From Eubacteriales bacterium (GTDB lineage: Bacteria; Bacillota; Clostridia; Oscillospirales; CAG-382): 64,000 bases of DNA. The stretch lies in contig JAZNZY010000017.1 of assembly GCA_045595165.1 (NCBI GenBank), positions 6,689 to 70,688 on the forward strand. The letters are read 5' to 3'. The notes under the pieces are model-generated. The model made no database searches. It was not told the DNA's origin and worked only from the letters and a program-made list of their open reading frames with translations. Positions 45,582-54,102 of the stretch are shown here, in pieces. The translations under genes were made by a program, and so were the position numbers. Every line of letters starts with the position of its first letter. The stretch's first letter is position 1.

Positions 45582-46907
45582 ATGCTCAATCACAATGAAA
45601 TACATAACATCGTAAATAAATATACAGACCTCTGTGTTTCCAACACCACCACAGAGCTATCATTATACGAAAAGTATGACGTAAAACGCGGATTAAGAGA
45701 TTTGAACGGCGTAGGCGTTCTTACGGGACTTACCGGAATTTCAGACGTACAAAACGAAGGCCGTCTGTTGTACCGAGGTATTGATGTTAAGGATATGGTT
45801 GCGGGCTTTTCCAATGAAAAGCGTTACGGCTTCGAAGAAGTAATATATCTTTTACTTATGGGCAAACAGCCTACTGCAGATGAATTAAAGGAATTTAAGA
45901 AATTATTAAGCGAATACCGAGTTTTGCCCCGTAACTTTGTGCGGGACGTAGTACTTAAAGCGCCTACCGCTGACATTATGAACGCACTTGCAAGAGAAGT
46001 GCTCACCCTTTATTCCTACGATAAAGCACAAGAGGACATATCTTTGCCTAACGTAATGCGTCAATGCTTACAGCTTATCTCTGTATTTCCTCAGCTTGCG
46101 GTATATTCATATCACTCTTATAACTACAAGAAAAAGGGAAAGAGTCTTATAATCCATATTACCGACCCCAACCGTTCCATCGCTGAGGACATACTTGCCT
46201 TACTTCGTAACGATGAACAATATTCTCCGCTGGAAGCGCAGGTGCTTGATACGGCGTTGGTGCTCCACGCAGAGCACGGCGGCGGTAACAACTCTACCTT
46301 TACTACGAGAGTGGTTACGTCCACGGGCACAGATACCTATTCAGCAATGGCTTCATCCTTGTGTTCTCTCAAGGGTCCCAAGCACGGCGGAGCATCTCTC
46401 AAAGTTATGGAAATGTTTGAGAATATCCGCAAAAACGTAGAGAATTGGAATGATGAAGAGGAGATACGCAGTTATCTCTCCAAGATGCTTGATAAGCAGG
46501 TATTTGACCATACCGGTCTGATATACGGCGTGGGTCACGCAGTATATTCAAAAGCCGATCCCCGTGCGGAGGTGTTCCGCTCCTGTGTTGAATCTCTCGC
46601 CCGTGAAAAAGGCAAGATCAAGGACTATAAGCTGTACCGAAACGTGGAAAAGCACGCCATCGATCTCATTTCACAAAAACGCCGTATTTATAAGGGTGTT
46701 GTAACCAATGTGGATTTCTACAGCGGGTTCGCATACAGTATGTTGGGCTTACCCAAGGAGCTTTATATTCCTATATTTGCCACCTCTCGTCTGGCTGGCT
46801 GGTCTGCTCACCGTATGGAGGAGCTTATAAATGCAAGTAAGATCATCCGTCCCGCATACCATACCACCTGCGAGGAACAGAGCTACGTTCCTCTTGCGGA
46901 AAGATAA
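45582..46907 (+). CDS. Citrate synthase (citrate/2-methylcitrate synthase family)
   Basis: LHAEHGGGNNSTF, GVGHAVYSKADPRA and DFYSG motifs; AAGGAG RBS; 441 aa. Confidence 0.9.
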   Translation: MLNHNEIHNIVNKYTDLCVSNTTTELSLYEKYDVKRGLRDLNGVGVLTGLTGISDVQNEGRLLYRGIDVKDMVAGFSNEKRYGFEEVIYLLLMGKQPTADELKEFKKLLSEYRVLPRNFVRDVVLKAPTADIMNALAREVLTLYSYDKAQEDISLPNVMRQCLQLISVFPQLAVYSYHSYNYKKKGKSLIIHITDPNRSIAEDILALLRNDEQYSPLEAQVLDTALVLHAEHGGGNNSTFTTRVVTSTGTDTYSAMASSLCSLKGPKHGGASLKVMEMFENIRKNVENWNDEEEIRSYLSKMLDKQVFDHTGLIYGVGHAVYSKADPRAEVFRSCVESLAREKGKIKDYKLYRNVEKHAIDLISQKRRIYKGVVTNVDFYSGFAYSMLGLPKELYIPIFATSRLAGWSAHRMEELINASKIIRPAYHTTCEEQSYVPLAER

Positions 46908-46911
46908 TCTC

Positions 46912-46940
46912 TTGACAAAATCAAAATTTTATGTTACACT
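46912..46940 (+). promoter_or_regulatory. Sigma-A promoter
   Basis: TTGACA(46912-46917), 17 nt, TACACT(46935-46940), immediately after the citrate synthase stop. Confidence 0.75.
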
Positions 46941-46970
46941 TTGCAAAATTTTCGGAAATGAGGATTTATT

Positions 46971-47081
46971 ATGTTTTTAAACGTATTAACGTTTACCGCA
47001 AATAATTCCGCACAGCGCGCTTTTGCAGCCAGACGTTGGCAGCAAACCGTGCTTATATCGTTATACTCATTTTCGGAATAG
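46971..47081 (+). CDS. 36-codon small ORF (candidate leader peptide or small protein)
   Basis: ATG is 7 nt after GAGGA. Translates MFLNVLTFTANNSAQRAFAARRWQQTVLISLYSFSE. Below the ORF-track cutoff. Confidence 0.35.
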   Translation: MFLNVLTFTANNSAQRAFAARRWQQTVLISLYSFSE

Positions 47082-47107
47082 TGTATTTTATTTTCTGATA
47101 TGAAAAC

Positions 47108-47154
47108 AGCGGTGTAAGCTTTTTGTAAATGCTTACACCGCTATTATTTTTTTT
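47108..47154 (+). terminator. Strong rho-independent terminator or attenuator abutting the methyltransferase RBS
   Basis: AGCGGTGTAAGC/GCTTACACCGCT 12-bp stem, 11-nt loop, ATTATTTTTTTT, then GGAGG (47155). Confidence 0.85.
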
Positions 47155-47164
47155 GGAGGTCTTT

Positions 47165-47956
47165 ATGAATACTTTTGAATCACTTACTAATTACTATAAC
47201 GCCAAAGATGAGCATCTGCGCTTGTCATCACGCCATGGCAGTGTGGAATTCTTCACAACAATAAGATACGTTGAAAAATATCTGTTTGAAAATGCACGTA
47301 TTTTGGAAATAGGAGCCGCAACCGGCAGGTATTCTCATTACTTTGCTAAAAAAGGATATACCGTTGATGCTGTCGAGCTTATACAGCACAATATTGATGT
47401 GTTCAATTCTCTTACCGAACCCGATGAAAAAATTACGGTACGGCTGGGGAATGCTCTAGATCTTTCTTTCATACCTGACGAAACCTACGATATTACTCTG
47501 CTTTTGGGACCGATGTATCATTTATACACAGTAGAAGAACAGTTAAAAGCTCTGTCGGAAGCTATACGAGTAACAAAAACCAAAGGCAAAATTTTTATAG
47601 CATACTGTAATACCGATATGACAATGTATCAGTATTGCTTTAAGCGGAATATGATTAAACACGAAATGGGCAGAGGTATGATCGATCCGGAAACCTTCAA
47701 GCTTTACTCAACACCGGAAGAAGTGTTTCAAATGCACCGCAAATTTGAAATTGATGCGTTAATGCAAAATTTCACCACAAAACGTTTGCATTTTGTTGGT
47801 ACCGATATGTTAACAAGAATGATGGATGAAACAGTCGATGTAATGGATGACGAAACCTTCGATATATATTTGCGCTATCACTTCAGCATATGCGAAAGGG
47901 AAGATATGGTAGGCGTAACCAACCATATGCTCGATGTTATCGAGAAAATTAGTTAA
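47165..47956 (+). CDS. Class I SAM-dependent methyltransferase (substrate unknown)
   Basis: Motif I ILEIGAATGRYS plus acidic VDAVE; 263 aa. ATG 47165 follows GGAGG. GC is low relative to the neighbours. Confidence 0.8.
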   Translation: MNTFESLTNYYNAKDEHLRLSSRHGSVEFFTTIRYVEKYLFENARILEIGAATGRYSHYFAKKGYTVDAVELIQHNIDVFNSLTEPDEKITVRLGNALDLSFIPDETYDITLLLGPMYHLYTVEEQLKALSEAIRVTKTKGKIFIAYCNTDMTMYQYCFKRNMIKHEMGRGMIDPETFKLYSTPEEVFQMHRKFEIDALMQNFTTKRLHFVGTDMLTRMMDETVDVMDDETFDIYLRYHFSICEREDMVGVTNHMLDVIEKIS

Positions 47957-48423
47957 ATATTGTTTTCGCTTATATATTCGTCAAGAATATCGGCAGCAGT
48001 GCGGATACAGTCGATACAGCACCGCCTTTTACTGTAATATTCTTCCGTCCGTTCTGCGGGAACGGGGGAAATTGATTTTCCCTGTGAGCCCAATATCTCT
48101 CGGCAGGTGTAGCTTCCGTTTAATTCAGCAAACCGCTTTACAAGCATTTGTATCGTAGCATAGTGCTGTGCCTTTGCGCTATGATCGCCAATATCATCAT
48201 AGCCGAATATAGTACCTGCGGCAAGACACATTCCAAGGCATGCTCCGCAGGTTTCACGCAGTCTGCTGATGCCGCCACCAAAGGATGACGCTATTCTGAA
48301 GGAAGTCTTTTGATCGATACCCGTTATATCGCCAAAGGCTGCAAAAACCGCTTGTGAGCAGTTTGCGCCGTTTAAAAACAGATTTACGGCAAGTTCGGAA
48401 CGTTTCACAATATAACCTCGCAT
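47953..48423 (-). CDS. C_GCAxxG_C_C family protein
   Basis: NCSQAVF and ETCGACLG motifs of the family; 156 aa; weak RBS. Confidence 0.75.
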   Translation of the reverse strand: MRGYIVKRSELAVNLFLNGANCSQAVFAAFGDITGIDQKTSFRIASSFGGGISRLRETCGACLGMCLAAGTIFGYDDIGDHSAKAQHYATIQMLVKRFAELNGSYTCREILGSQGKSISPVPAERTEEYYSKRRCCIDCIRTAADILDEYISENNI

Positions 48424-48475
48424 TTGATTAATATAAATATATTATACATAAAAGAAAAAATAAGTCAAATATATG

Positions 48476-48504
48476 TTGAAAATAGTAATAATTTATGTTA
48501 TACT
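48476..48504 (+). promoter_or_regulatory. Sigma-A promoter (extended -10) for purA
   Basis: TTGAAA(48476-48481), 17 nt ending in TGT, TATACT(48499-48504). Confidence 0.7.
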
Positions 48505-48576
48505 CTAAAGTCGAGGTGTTATGTGCATCTTATTGATCAGGTTAATAAAATTTATCATATTTTCAGAGGTGTTATT

Positions 48577-49851
48577 ATGCTTACAGCAATTGCAGGTATC
48601 AACTGGGGAGACGAAGGAAAGGGAAGAATGGTTGACCTTCTCAGCGAAGACTATGATATAGTCGTTCGTTATCAGGGCGGTAACAACGCAGGACATACCG
48701 TTGTTAACGAAAGAGGTAAATTTATACTCAATCTTTTGCCTTCCGGAATTCTCCGTACCACCACCGTTAACGTTATGGGTAACGGAATGGTTATCGACAT
48801 CAAGCATCTTTGCGAAGAGATCGGCCGTCTTCGTGAGGGCGGTATCGAGATCACTCCTGATAATCTTAAAATCAGCGACCGTGCAGTTATCTGTATGCCG
48901 TACCATGTACGCATGGACTGCCTTGAGGAAGAGCGTCTTGCAGACAAGAAGTTCGGCTCTACCCGCCGCGGTATAGCACCTGTTTACGCAGATAAATATT
49001 ATAAAAAGGCTTTTCGTATGGGCGACCTCAGAAATATTGACGCTATCGTTTCTAAGGCTGAATCCATTGCAGAATGGAAAAACCTTACCGTTGCTTCCGG
49101 TTACGGCGATACTCCCGTAAAGGGCGAAGATATCATTGCCTACCTCAAGGAATACGGCACTCCTTTGCTTCCTCACATTTGTGATACCGGCTTGTATCTC
49201 CACAACGCAAATGAGCAGGGCAAGAAGATTATGTTTGAAGCACAGCTCGGTGCTCTCCGCGATATCGATTTCGGTATATATCCTTACACTTCTTCCTCCA
49301 ATACCATCGCAGGCTATGCTCCCGTCGGTGCAGGCGTACCCGGTCTTAAGCTTGACTGCGTTATAGGCATCATGAAGGCGTATTCTTCCTGCGTAGGCGA
49401 AGGTCCCTTTACCTGCGAAATGTTCGGCGAAGAAGCTCACAAGCTTCGTGAAGCGGGCGGAGAATACGGCGCCGCTACCGGACGTCCCAGACGTGTCGGT
49501 GGCTTTGACGCTGTTGCTTCCCGTTACGGTGTAAGAATGCAGGGCGCAGACGTACTCGCTCTTACCAAGATGGACGTTCTCTCTTGCTTTGATCAGATTC
49601 CCGTTTGCGTTGCATATAAGGTCGATGGCGAGCTCGTTTACGATTTCCCTGTAGGCGAAGCACTTGATAAAGCTGAACCCGTATATGAATATTATCAGGG
49701 CTGGCGATGTGATATCAGTGAGTGCCGCAAATTTGATGAACTTCCCGAAGCCGCTCAGGCATATGTTCGTAAAATAGAAGAACTCTCCGGTTGCCGCATC
49801 GGTTACGTTTCTGTCGGTGCAGGTAGAGAACAGTATATCGTTTGCGAATAA
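48577..49851 (+). CDS. purA: Adenylosuccinate synthase
   Basis: GINWGDEGKGR P-loop, GGNNAGHT and TTRGIGP-like STRRGIAP. Start at ATG 48577 (MLTAIAG). Confidence 0.95.
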   Translation: MLTAIAGINWGDEGKGRMVDLLSEDYDIVVRYQGGNNAGHTVVNERGKFILNLLPSGILRTTTVNVMGNGMVIDIKHLCEEIGRLREGGIEITPDNLKISDRAVICMPYHVRMDCLEEERLADKKFGSTRRGIAPVYADKYYKKAFRMGDLRNIDAIVSKAESIAEWKNLTVASGYGDTPVKGEDIIAYLKEYGTPLLPHICDTGLYLHNANEQGKKIMFEAQLGALRDIDFGIYPYTSSSNTIAGYAPVGAGVPGLKLDCVIGIMKAYSSCVGEGPFTCEMFGEEAHKLREAGGEYGAATGRPRRVGGFDAVASRYGVRMQGADVLALTKMDVLSCFDQIPVCVAYKVDGELVYDFPVGEALDKAEPVYEYYQGWRCDISECRKFDELPEAAQAYVRKIEELSGCRIGYVSVGAGREQYIVCE

Positions 49852-49868
49852 TTCTACGGAGTCAAAAA

Positions 49869-51353
49869 ATGTATAAAATTGGATTTGATAATCAAAAATA
49901 TATCACTCTCCAATCCCAGCAGATACGCGACCGTATAAATCACTTCGGCGGAAAGCTTTACCTTGAATTCGGCGGAAAGCTTTTCGATGATTACCACGCG
50001 GCGCGCGTCCTTCCCGGATTTGAACCCGATAGTAAGCTTCAGATGCTTCTTTCCTTAAAGGATGAAGCAGAAGTTGTTATCGTCATTTCTGCGGAAGATA
50101 TAGAAAAAAACAAAGTACGCGGCGATCTCGGAATTACCTACGATGCCGAAGTACTCCGTTTGATCGACGCTTTTCGTCTTTGCGGTCTTTACGTCGGCAG
50201 TGTGGTTTTTACTCAGTATTCTCTTCAGCCGTCTGTAGTTGCATTTGAAAAACGCCTTGAACGCCTCGGAATAAAAACTTACCGTCACTACCGTATTGAG
50301 GGATATCCATCCAATACCGCCCTCATCGTAAGCGATGATGGTTACGGACGAAACGATTATATAGAAACCTCCCGTTCTCTCGTTGTTATAACGGCTCCCG
50401 GTCCGGGAAGCGGAAAGATGGCAGTTTGTCTTTCCCAACTTTACCACGAGCACCGTCACGGTGTAAAAGCAGGATATGCAAAGTTTGAAACTTTCCCCGT
50501 GTGGAATCTTCCCTTGCGCCATCCTGTAAACATCGCGTATGAAGCCGCAACCACTGATCTTGACGACGTAAATATGATCGACCCCTTCCATCTTGAAGCG
50601 TACGGAAAGACCTGTGTCAATTACAACCGTGATATCGAGATTTTCCCCGTGCTTCACGCTATTTTCCAAAAGATCTATGGGGAATGTCCTTATAAATCTC
50701 CCACAGATATGGGTGTAAATATGGCAGGACATTGTATTTTTGACGAAGCTGCCGTATGTGAAGCATCACGTCAAGAGGTTATCCGCCGTTATTTTGCGGC
50801 TATGTGTCAGCAAAAGAAAGCTATGTGCGATAACGACGCCGTATATAAGAATGAGCTTTTGATGAACAGATGCGATCTTCGTGTCAGTGACAGAAAAGTT
50901 GTAACTGTAGCCCGTGCAAAGGCAGACGCAACAGGAATGCCTGCCGCTGCACTCGAATTACCGGACGGCAAGATTGTTACAGGCAAAACTTCCGATCTTC
51001 TCGGTGCATCCAGCGCGATGCTTCTCAACGCACTTAAGTATCTCGCAGGACTTGACGACGACCTTTTGCTTATTTCCCGGGAAATTATTGAACCCATTGC
51101 AGAATTAAAGGTCGGCCACTTGGGCAACAGAAATCCCAGACTTCACACAGACGAGGTTTTGATTGCTCTTTCCATATGCGCTGTTACAGATGAAAATGCG
51201 AAAAAAGCGCTTGATATGCTTTCAAAATTAAAAAATTCCGATATGCACTCATCTGTAATACTCTCGCAGGTTGATGAAGGTTTGCTGAAAAAGCTTGGTA
51301 TTAACCTTACTTGCGAACCCGTGTATCAGACAAAAAAGCTTTACCATAAATAA
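49869..51353 (+). CDS. DUF1846 (UPF0371) family protein
   Basis: About 495 aa. N-terminus MYKIGFDNQKYITLQSQQI..FGGKLYLEFGGKLFDD is typical of UPF0371. RBS ACGGAG. Confidence 0.75.
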   Translation: MYKIGFDNQKYITLQSQQIRDRINHFGGKLYLEFGGKLFDDYHAARVLPGFEPDSKLQMLLSLKDEAEVVIVISAEDIEKNKVRGDLGITYDAEVLRLIDAFRLCGLYVGSVVFTQYSLQPSVVAFEKRLERLGIKTYRHYRIEGYPSNTALIVSDDGYGRNDYIETSRSLVVITAPGPGSGKMAVCLSQLYHEHRHGVKAGYAKFETFPVWNLPLRHPVNIAYEAATTDLDDVNMIDPFHLEAYGKTCVNYNRDIEIFPVLHAIFQKIYGECPYKSPTDMGVNMAGHCIFDEAAVCEASRQEVIRRYFAAMCQQKKAMCDNDAVYKNELLMNRCDLRVSDRKVVTVARAKADATGMPAAALELPDGKIVTGKTSDLLGASSAMLLNALKYLAGLDDDLLLISREIIEPIAELKVGHLGNRNPRLHTDEVLIALSICAVTDENAKKALDMLSKLKNSDMHSSVILSQVDEGLLKKLGINLTCEPVYQTKKLYHK

Positions 51354-51365
51354 GGAGCTGTCTTT

Positions 51366-53441
51366 ATGAATAAGATTTCCGAATATTTCGGCACAATGGT
51401 ATTTAACGATAACGTACGCAAAGAAATGCTTCCACCCGAAGCATACAAGAGTCTGCAGGAAACTATCGAGAACGGCAGAAATCTTGATATTTCTTTAGCA
51501 AATGTCGTCGCTTCCGCAATGAAAGAGTGGGCTATAGAGAAAGGTGCTACTCATTATACACATTGGTTCCAGCCGATGACGGGGATTACCGCAGAAAAGC
51601 ACGATTCTTTCTTTTCTCTTGAAAAGGGAACTGGCAAGATCATCGTTGGTTTTTCCGGTAAAGATCTTATCACCAGTGAGCCCGACGCTTCTTCTTTTCC
51701 TTCCGGTGGTCTCCGTGCTACCTTTGAGGCACGCGGCTGTACCGCTTGGGACCCTACGTCAGATGCATTTGTTAAAGACGATACTCTTTATATTCCTTCT
51801 GCTTTCTGTTCTTATGGCGGCGAATGTCTTGACAGAAAGACACCGTTACTCCGCTCCATACAGGCATTGGACGTTCAGGCTAAGCGATTGTTAAAGTATT
51901 TCGATATCAATCCTCGTCGCGTAGCTCCGATGGTTGGCGGTGAGCAGGAATATTTCCTTGTGGACGAAGACGTTTACCACAAGCGCGAAGATCTTAAAAT
52001 CACAGGCAAGACTCTGTTCGGTGCTCCCGCACCCAAAGGTCAAGAACTTGACGATCACTATTTCGGTATAATTCCCTTTAAAGTAAAGAACTTTATGACA
52101 ACTCTCGACAGAGAGCTTTGGATGAGAGGAATCCCCGCAAAAACGGAGCACAATGAAGCAGCTCCCTGTCAATACGAGCTTGCTCCCATATTTACGGATT
52201 GTAACCGCGCTACTGACCAAAACCAGCTTACAATGGATATTATGAAAAAGGCTGCGAAAGAAAACGGATTACGTTGTCTGCTTGCGGAAAAACCTTTTAA
52301 TTCCATTAACGGAAGCGGTAAACACAATAACTGGTCATTATCTGCCGACGGAAAGAATCTTCTCGATCCGGGGGACGATATGCCTTCCAATAAGCTTTTC
52401 CTGCTTATGGTTTGCGCAGTTCTCAAGGGTGTAGATAATTATCAGGATCTTATTAGAATTTCCGTAGCTACTGCCGGTAATGACAAACGTCTTGGCGGCT
52501 ACGAGGCGCCCCCTGCTATAATTTCTGTTTTTCTCGGCAAGCGTATTACCGATACCTTAAAATCCTTTGTAAACGGCTCACAGATCGTTACCGATGAAAG
52601 CCAGCAGCTTCCCTTGGGCGTAAACGTTTTGCCTCAGTTTGCAAATGATGGGGAAGACAGAAACAGAACTTCTCCCTTTGCTTTTACGGGTAATAAATTT
52701 GAATTCAGAATGCCCGGTTCTTCTATGTCCATCGCAATGTGCAACACGGTGATCAATACCGTTGTTGCCGATGCTCTTTGCGAATTTGCCGATATTCTCG
52801 ATAATTCCGATGATATTTCCAAAACCGTGGATTCGATTATTGCAGACACTTATTACAACCACAAGCGTATCATTTTTAACGGCAATAACTATTCCGAAGA
52901 ATGGGTAAGAGAAGCACAACGCCGCGGATTACTCAATCTCGCTAATACTGCTCAGGCTCTCCCGCATTATATTTCCGAGAAAAATATCCGCATTTTCGGA
53001 AAGCACGGAATTCTTACCGAGAAAGAAATGCTTTCCCGTTACGATGTAATGCTGGACGAGTATTCCAAAACAGTTAACGTCGATGGTGCTACAATGGTAC
53101 ATATGGCACGCCGCCAAATATTACCTGCGGTATCGTCTTATGTAGCTTGTGTTTGTGATAACGCCGAAAAGAAAAAGAAACTTGTTTTGTCGGATAAAGT
53201 CGAATACGAGCTTGCTTTAAAGCTTAACGATTGCGCCGTTTCCATTTATAATGAGTGTGAATCACTTTCCGTTTTGTTGGATAAGGCAAAGGCTGTTTCC
53301 GATAAACTTGAAAAAGCGCGTTTGTTTGCTACACAGATCATTCCTTGTATGGATAGGTTGCGCGAAGCGGCAGATACCGCTGAGTTATACGTCCCCAAGG
53401 ATGTGTGGCCGTTCCCCACATATACAGAAATTCTTCTTTAA
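51366..53441 (+). CDS. glnN: Glutamine synthetase type III
   Basis: 691 aa. N-terminal FGTMVFND.., HYTHWFQP and the central GS catalytic region (NGSGKHNNWS). Confidence 0.9.
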   Translation: MNKISEYFGTMVFNDNVRKEMLPPEAYKSLQETIENGRNLDISLANVVASAMKEWAIEKGATHYTHWFQPMTGITAEKHDSFFSLEKGTGKIIVGFSGKDLITSEPDASSFPSGGLRATFEARGCTAWDPTSDAFVKDDTLYIPSAFCSYGGECLDRKTPLLRSIQALDVQAKRLLKYFDINPRRVAPMVGGEQEYFLVDEDVYHKREDLKITGKTLFGAPAPKGQELDDHYFGIIPFKVKNFMTTLDRELWMRGIPAKTEHNEAAPCQYELAPIFTDCNRATDQNQLTMDIMKKAAKENGLRCLLAEKPFNSINGSGKHNNWSLSADGKNLLDPGDDMPSNKLFLLMVCAVLKGVDNYQDLIRISVATAGNDKRLGGYEAPPAIISVFLGKRITDTLKSFVNGSQIVTDESQQLPLGVNVLPQFANDGEDRNRTSPFAFTGNKFEFRMPGSSMSIAMCNTVINTVVADALCEFADILDNSDDISKTVDSIIADTYYNHKRIIFNGNNYSEEWVREAQRRGLLNLANTAQALPHYISEKNIRIFGKHGILTEKEMLSRYDVMLDEYSKTVNVDGATMVHMARRQILPAVSSYVACVCDNAEKKKKLVLSDKVEYELALKLNDCAVSIYNECESLSVLLDKAKAVSDKLEKARLFATQIIPCMDRLREAADTAELYVPKDVWPFPTYTEILL

Positions 53442-53451
53442 TATAATTTAA

Positions 53452-53485
53452 AGCTCCGACAAACAAATGTCGGAGTTTTTGTTTG
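53452..53485 (+). terminator. Rho-independent terminator after glnN
   Basis: CTCCGAC/GTCGGAG stem with loop AAACAAAT, then TTTTTGTTT. Confidence 0.8.
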
Positions 53486-53552
53486 GTTTATTCATATTGT
53501 GCTTGAAATGTTCATAATTAAATGGTACAATATAAATACAGGAGGGAGAAAT

Positions 53553-53960
53553 ATGAATATTTTCCAGTTCCTTACGCCAAAAAGCAATGTTGCGTATGTA
53601 GAAATCAACTGCACACTCCGCCAAGCACTTGAAAAAATGCGATTTCACGGTTATACGGCACTTCCCGTTATCGACAGTGAGGGAAAATATGTCGGCACGG
53701 TGAACGAGGGCGATTTTTTGTGGGATATTGTAAACCGAAACGAGTCAGATTTGAAAAGTCAGGAAAAACGCACTGTCAGAGAGATTATGCGTACCGATTG
53801 GAATCCGCCTATCGATATTACTGCGTCACCCGAGGAGTTGCTTCACAAGGTTCAAGCACAAAACTTTTTGCCGGTTATTGATGCACGTGGCGTATTCGTC
53901 GGTATAATTACAAGAGGCAGAATTATTAAATACTTTACAGGCACATACCTTACCGTATAA
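53553..53960 (+). CDS. Stand-alone CBS domain pair protein
   Basis: 135 aa with two CBS repeats (HGYTALPVIDSEGKYVGTV; NFLPVIDARGVFVGIIT). AGGAGGGA RBS. Confidence 0.85.
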   Translation: MNIFQFLTPKSNVAYVEINCTLRQALEKMRFHGYTALPVIDSEGKYVGTVNEGDFLWDIVNRNESDLKSQEKRTVREIMRTDWNPPIDITASPEELLHKVQAQNFLPVIDARGVFVGIITRGRIIKYFTGTYLTV

Positions 53961-53966
53961 AATCTT

Positions 53967-54000
53967 AAACCGTTCCGCGTATCACGCAGAACGGTTTAAT
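53967..54000 (+). terminator. Rho-independent terminator
   Basis: AAACCGTTC/GAACGGTTT outer stem with an inner CGCG..CGC helix, then TTTAATT. Confidence 0.6.
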
Positions 54001-54041
54001 TGTCGGGGTCCCCAAGAAGTCGCAGACTTCTTGGGGTGATT
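54001..54041. repeat. REP-like palindromic repeat unit, copy 2
   Basis: TGTCGGGGTCCCCAAGAAGTCGCAGACTTCTTGGGGTGATT; 12-bp hairpin CCCCAAGAAGTC/GACTTCTTGGGG. Confidence 0.8.
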
Positions 54042-54082
54042 GTAGGGGTCCCCAAGAAGCGGTTAAACTTCTTGGGATGATT
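54042..54082. repeat. REP-like palindromic repeat unit, copy 3 (tandem; divergent loop)
   Basis: GTAGGGGTCCCCAAGAAGCGGTTAAACTTCTTGGGATGATT. The stem arms are conserved and the loop is replaced. Confidence 0.75.
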
Positions 54083-54102
54083 AGTTAAGAAAGATATTTG
54101 TT

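Noticed and set aside
48511-48576. Duplicated GAGGTGTTAT (48511 and 48565) and an in-frame GTG about 54 nt upstream of the purA ATG, suggesting a longer PurA or a leader ORF
   Set aside because: PurA proteins start right at the GxxWGDEGKG P-loop region, which fits ATG 48577. The upstream GTG has only 4-nt SD spacing, and the added 18 aa have no counterpart in the family. The repeat may be coincidental.
54001-54082. Possible miniature CRISPR array (two ~41-nt repeats in tandem)
   Set aside because: There are only two directly abutting units with no spacer between them. The repeat is itself a long perfect palindrome, a third solitary copy exists at 33565, and there are no cas genes in the window. 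It behaves like a REP/BIME-type element instead.
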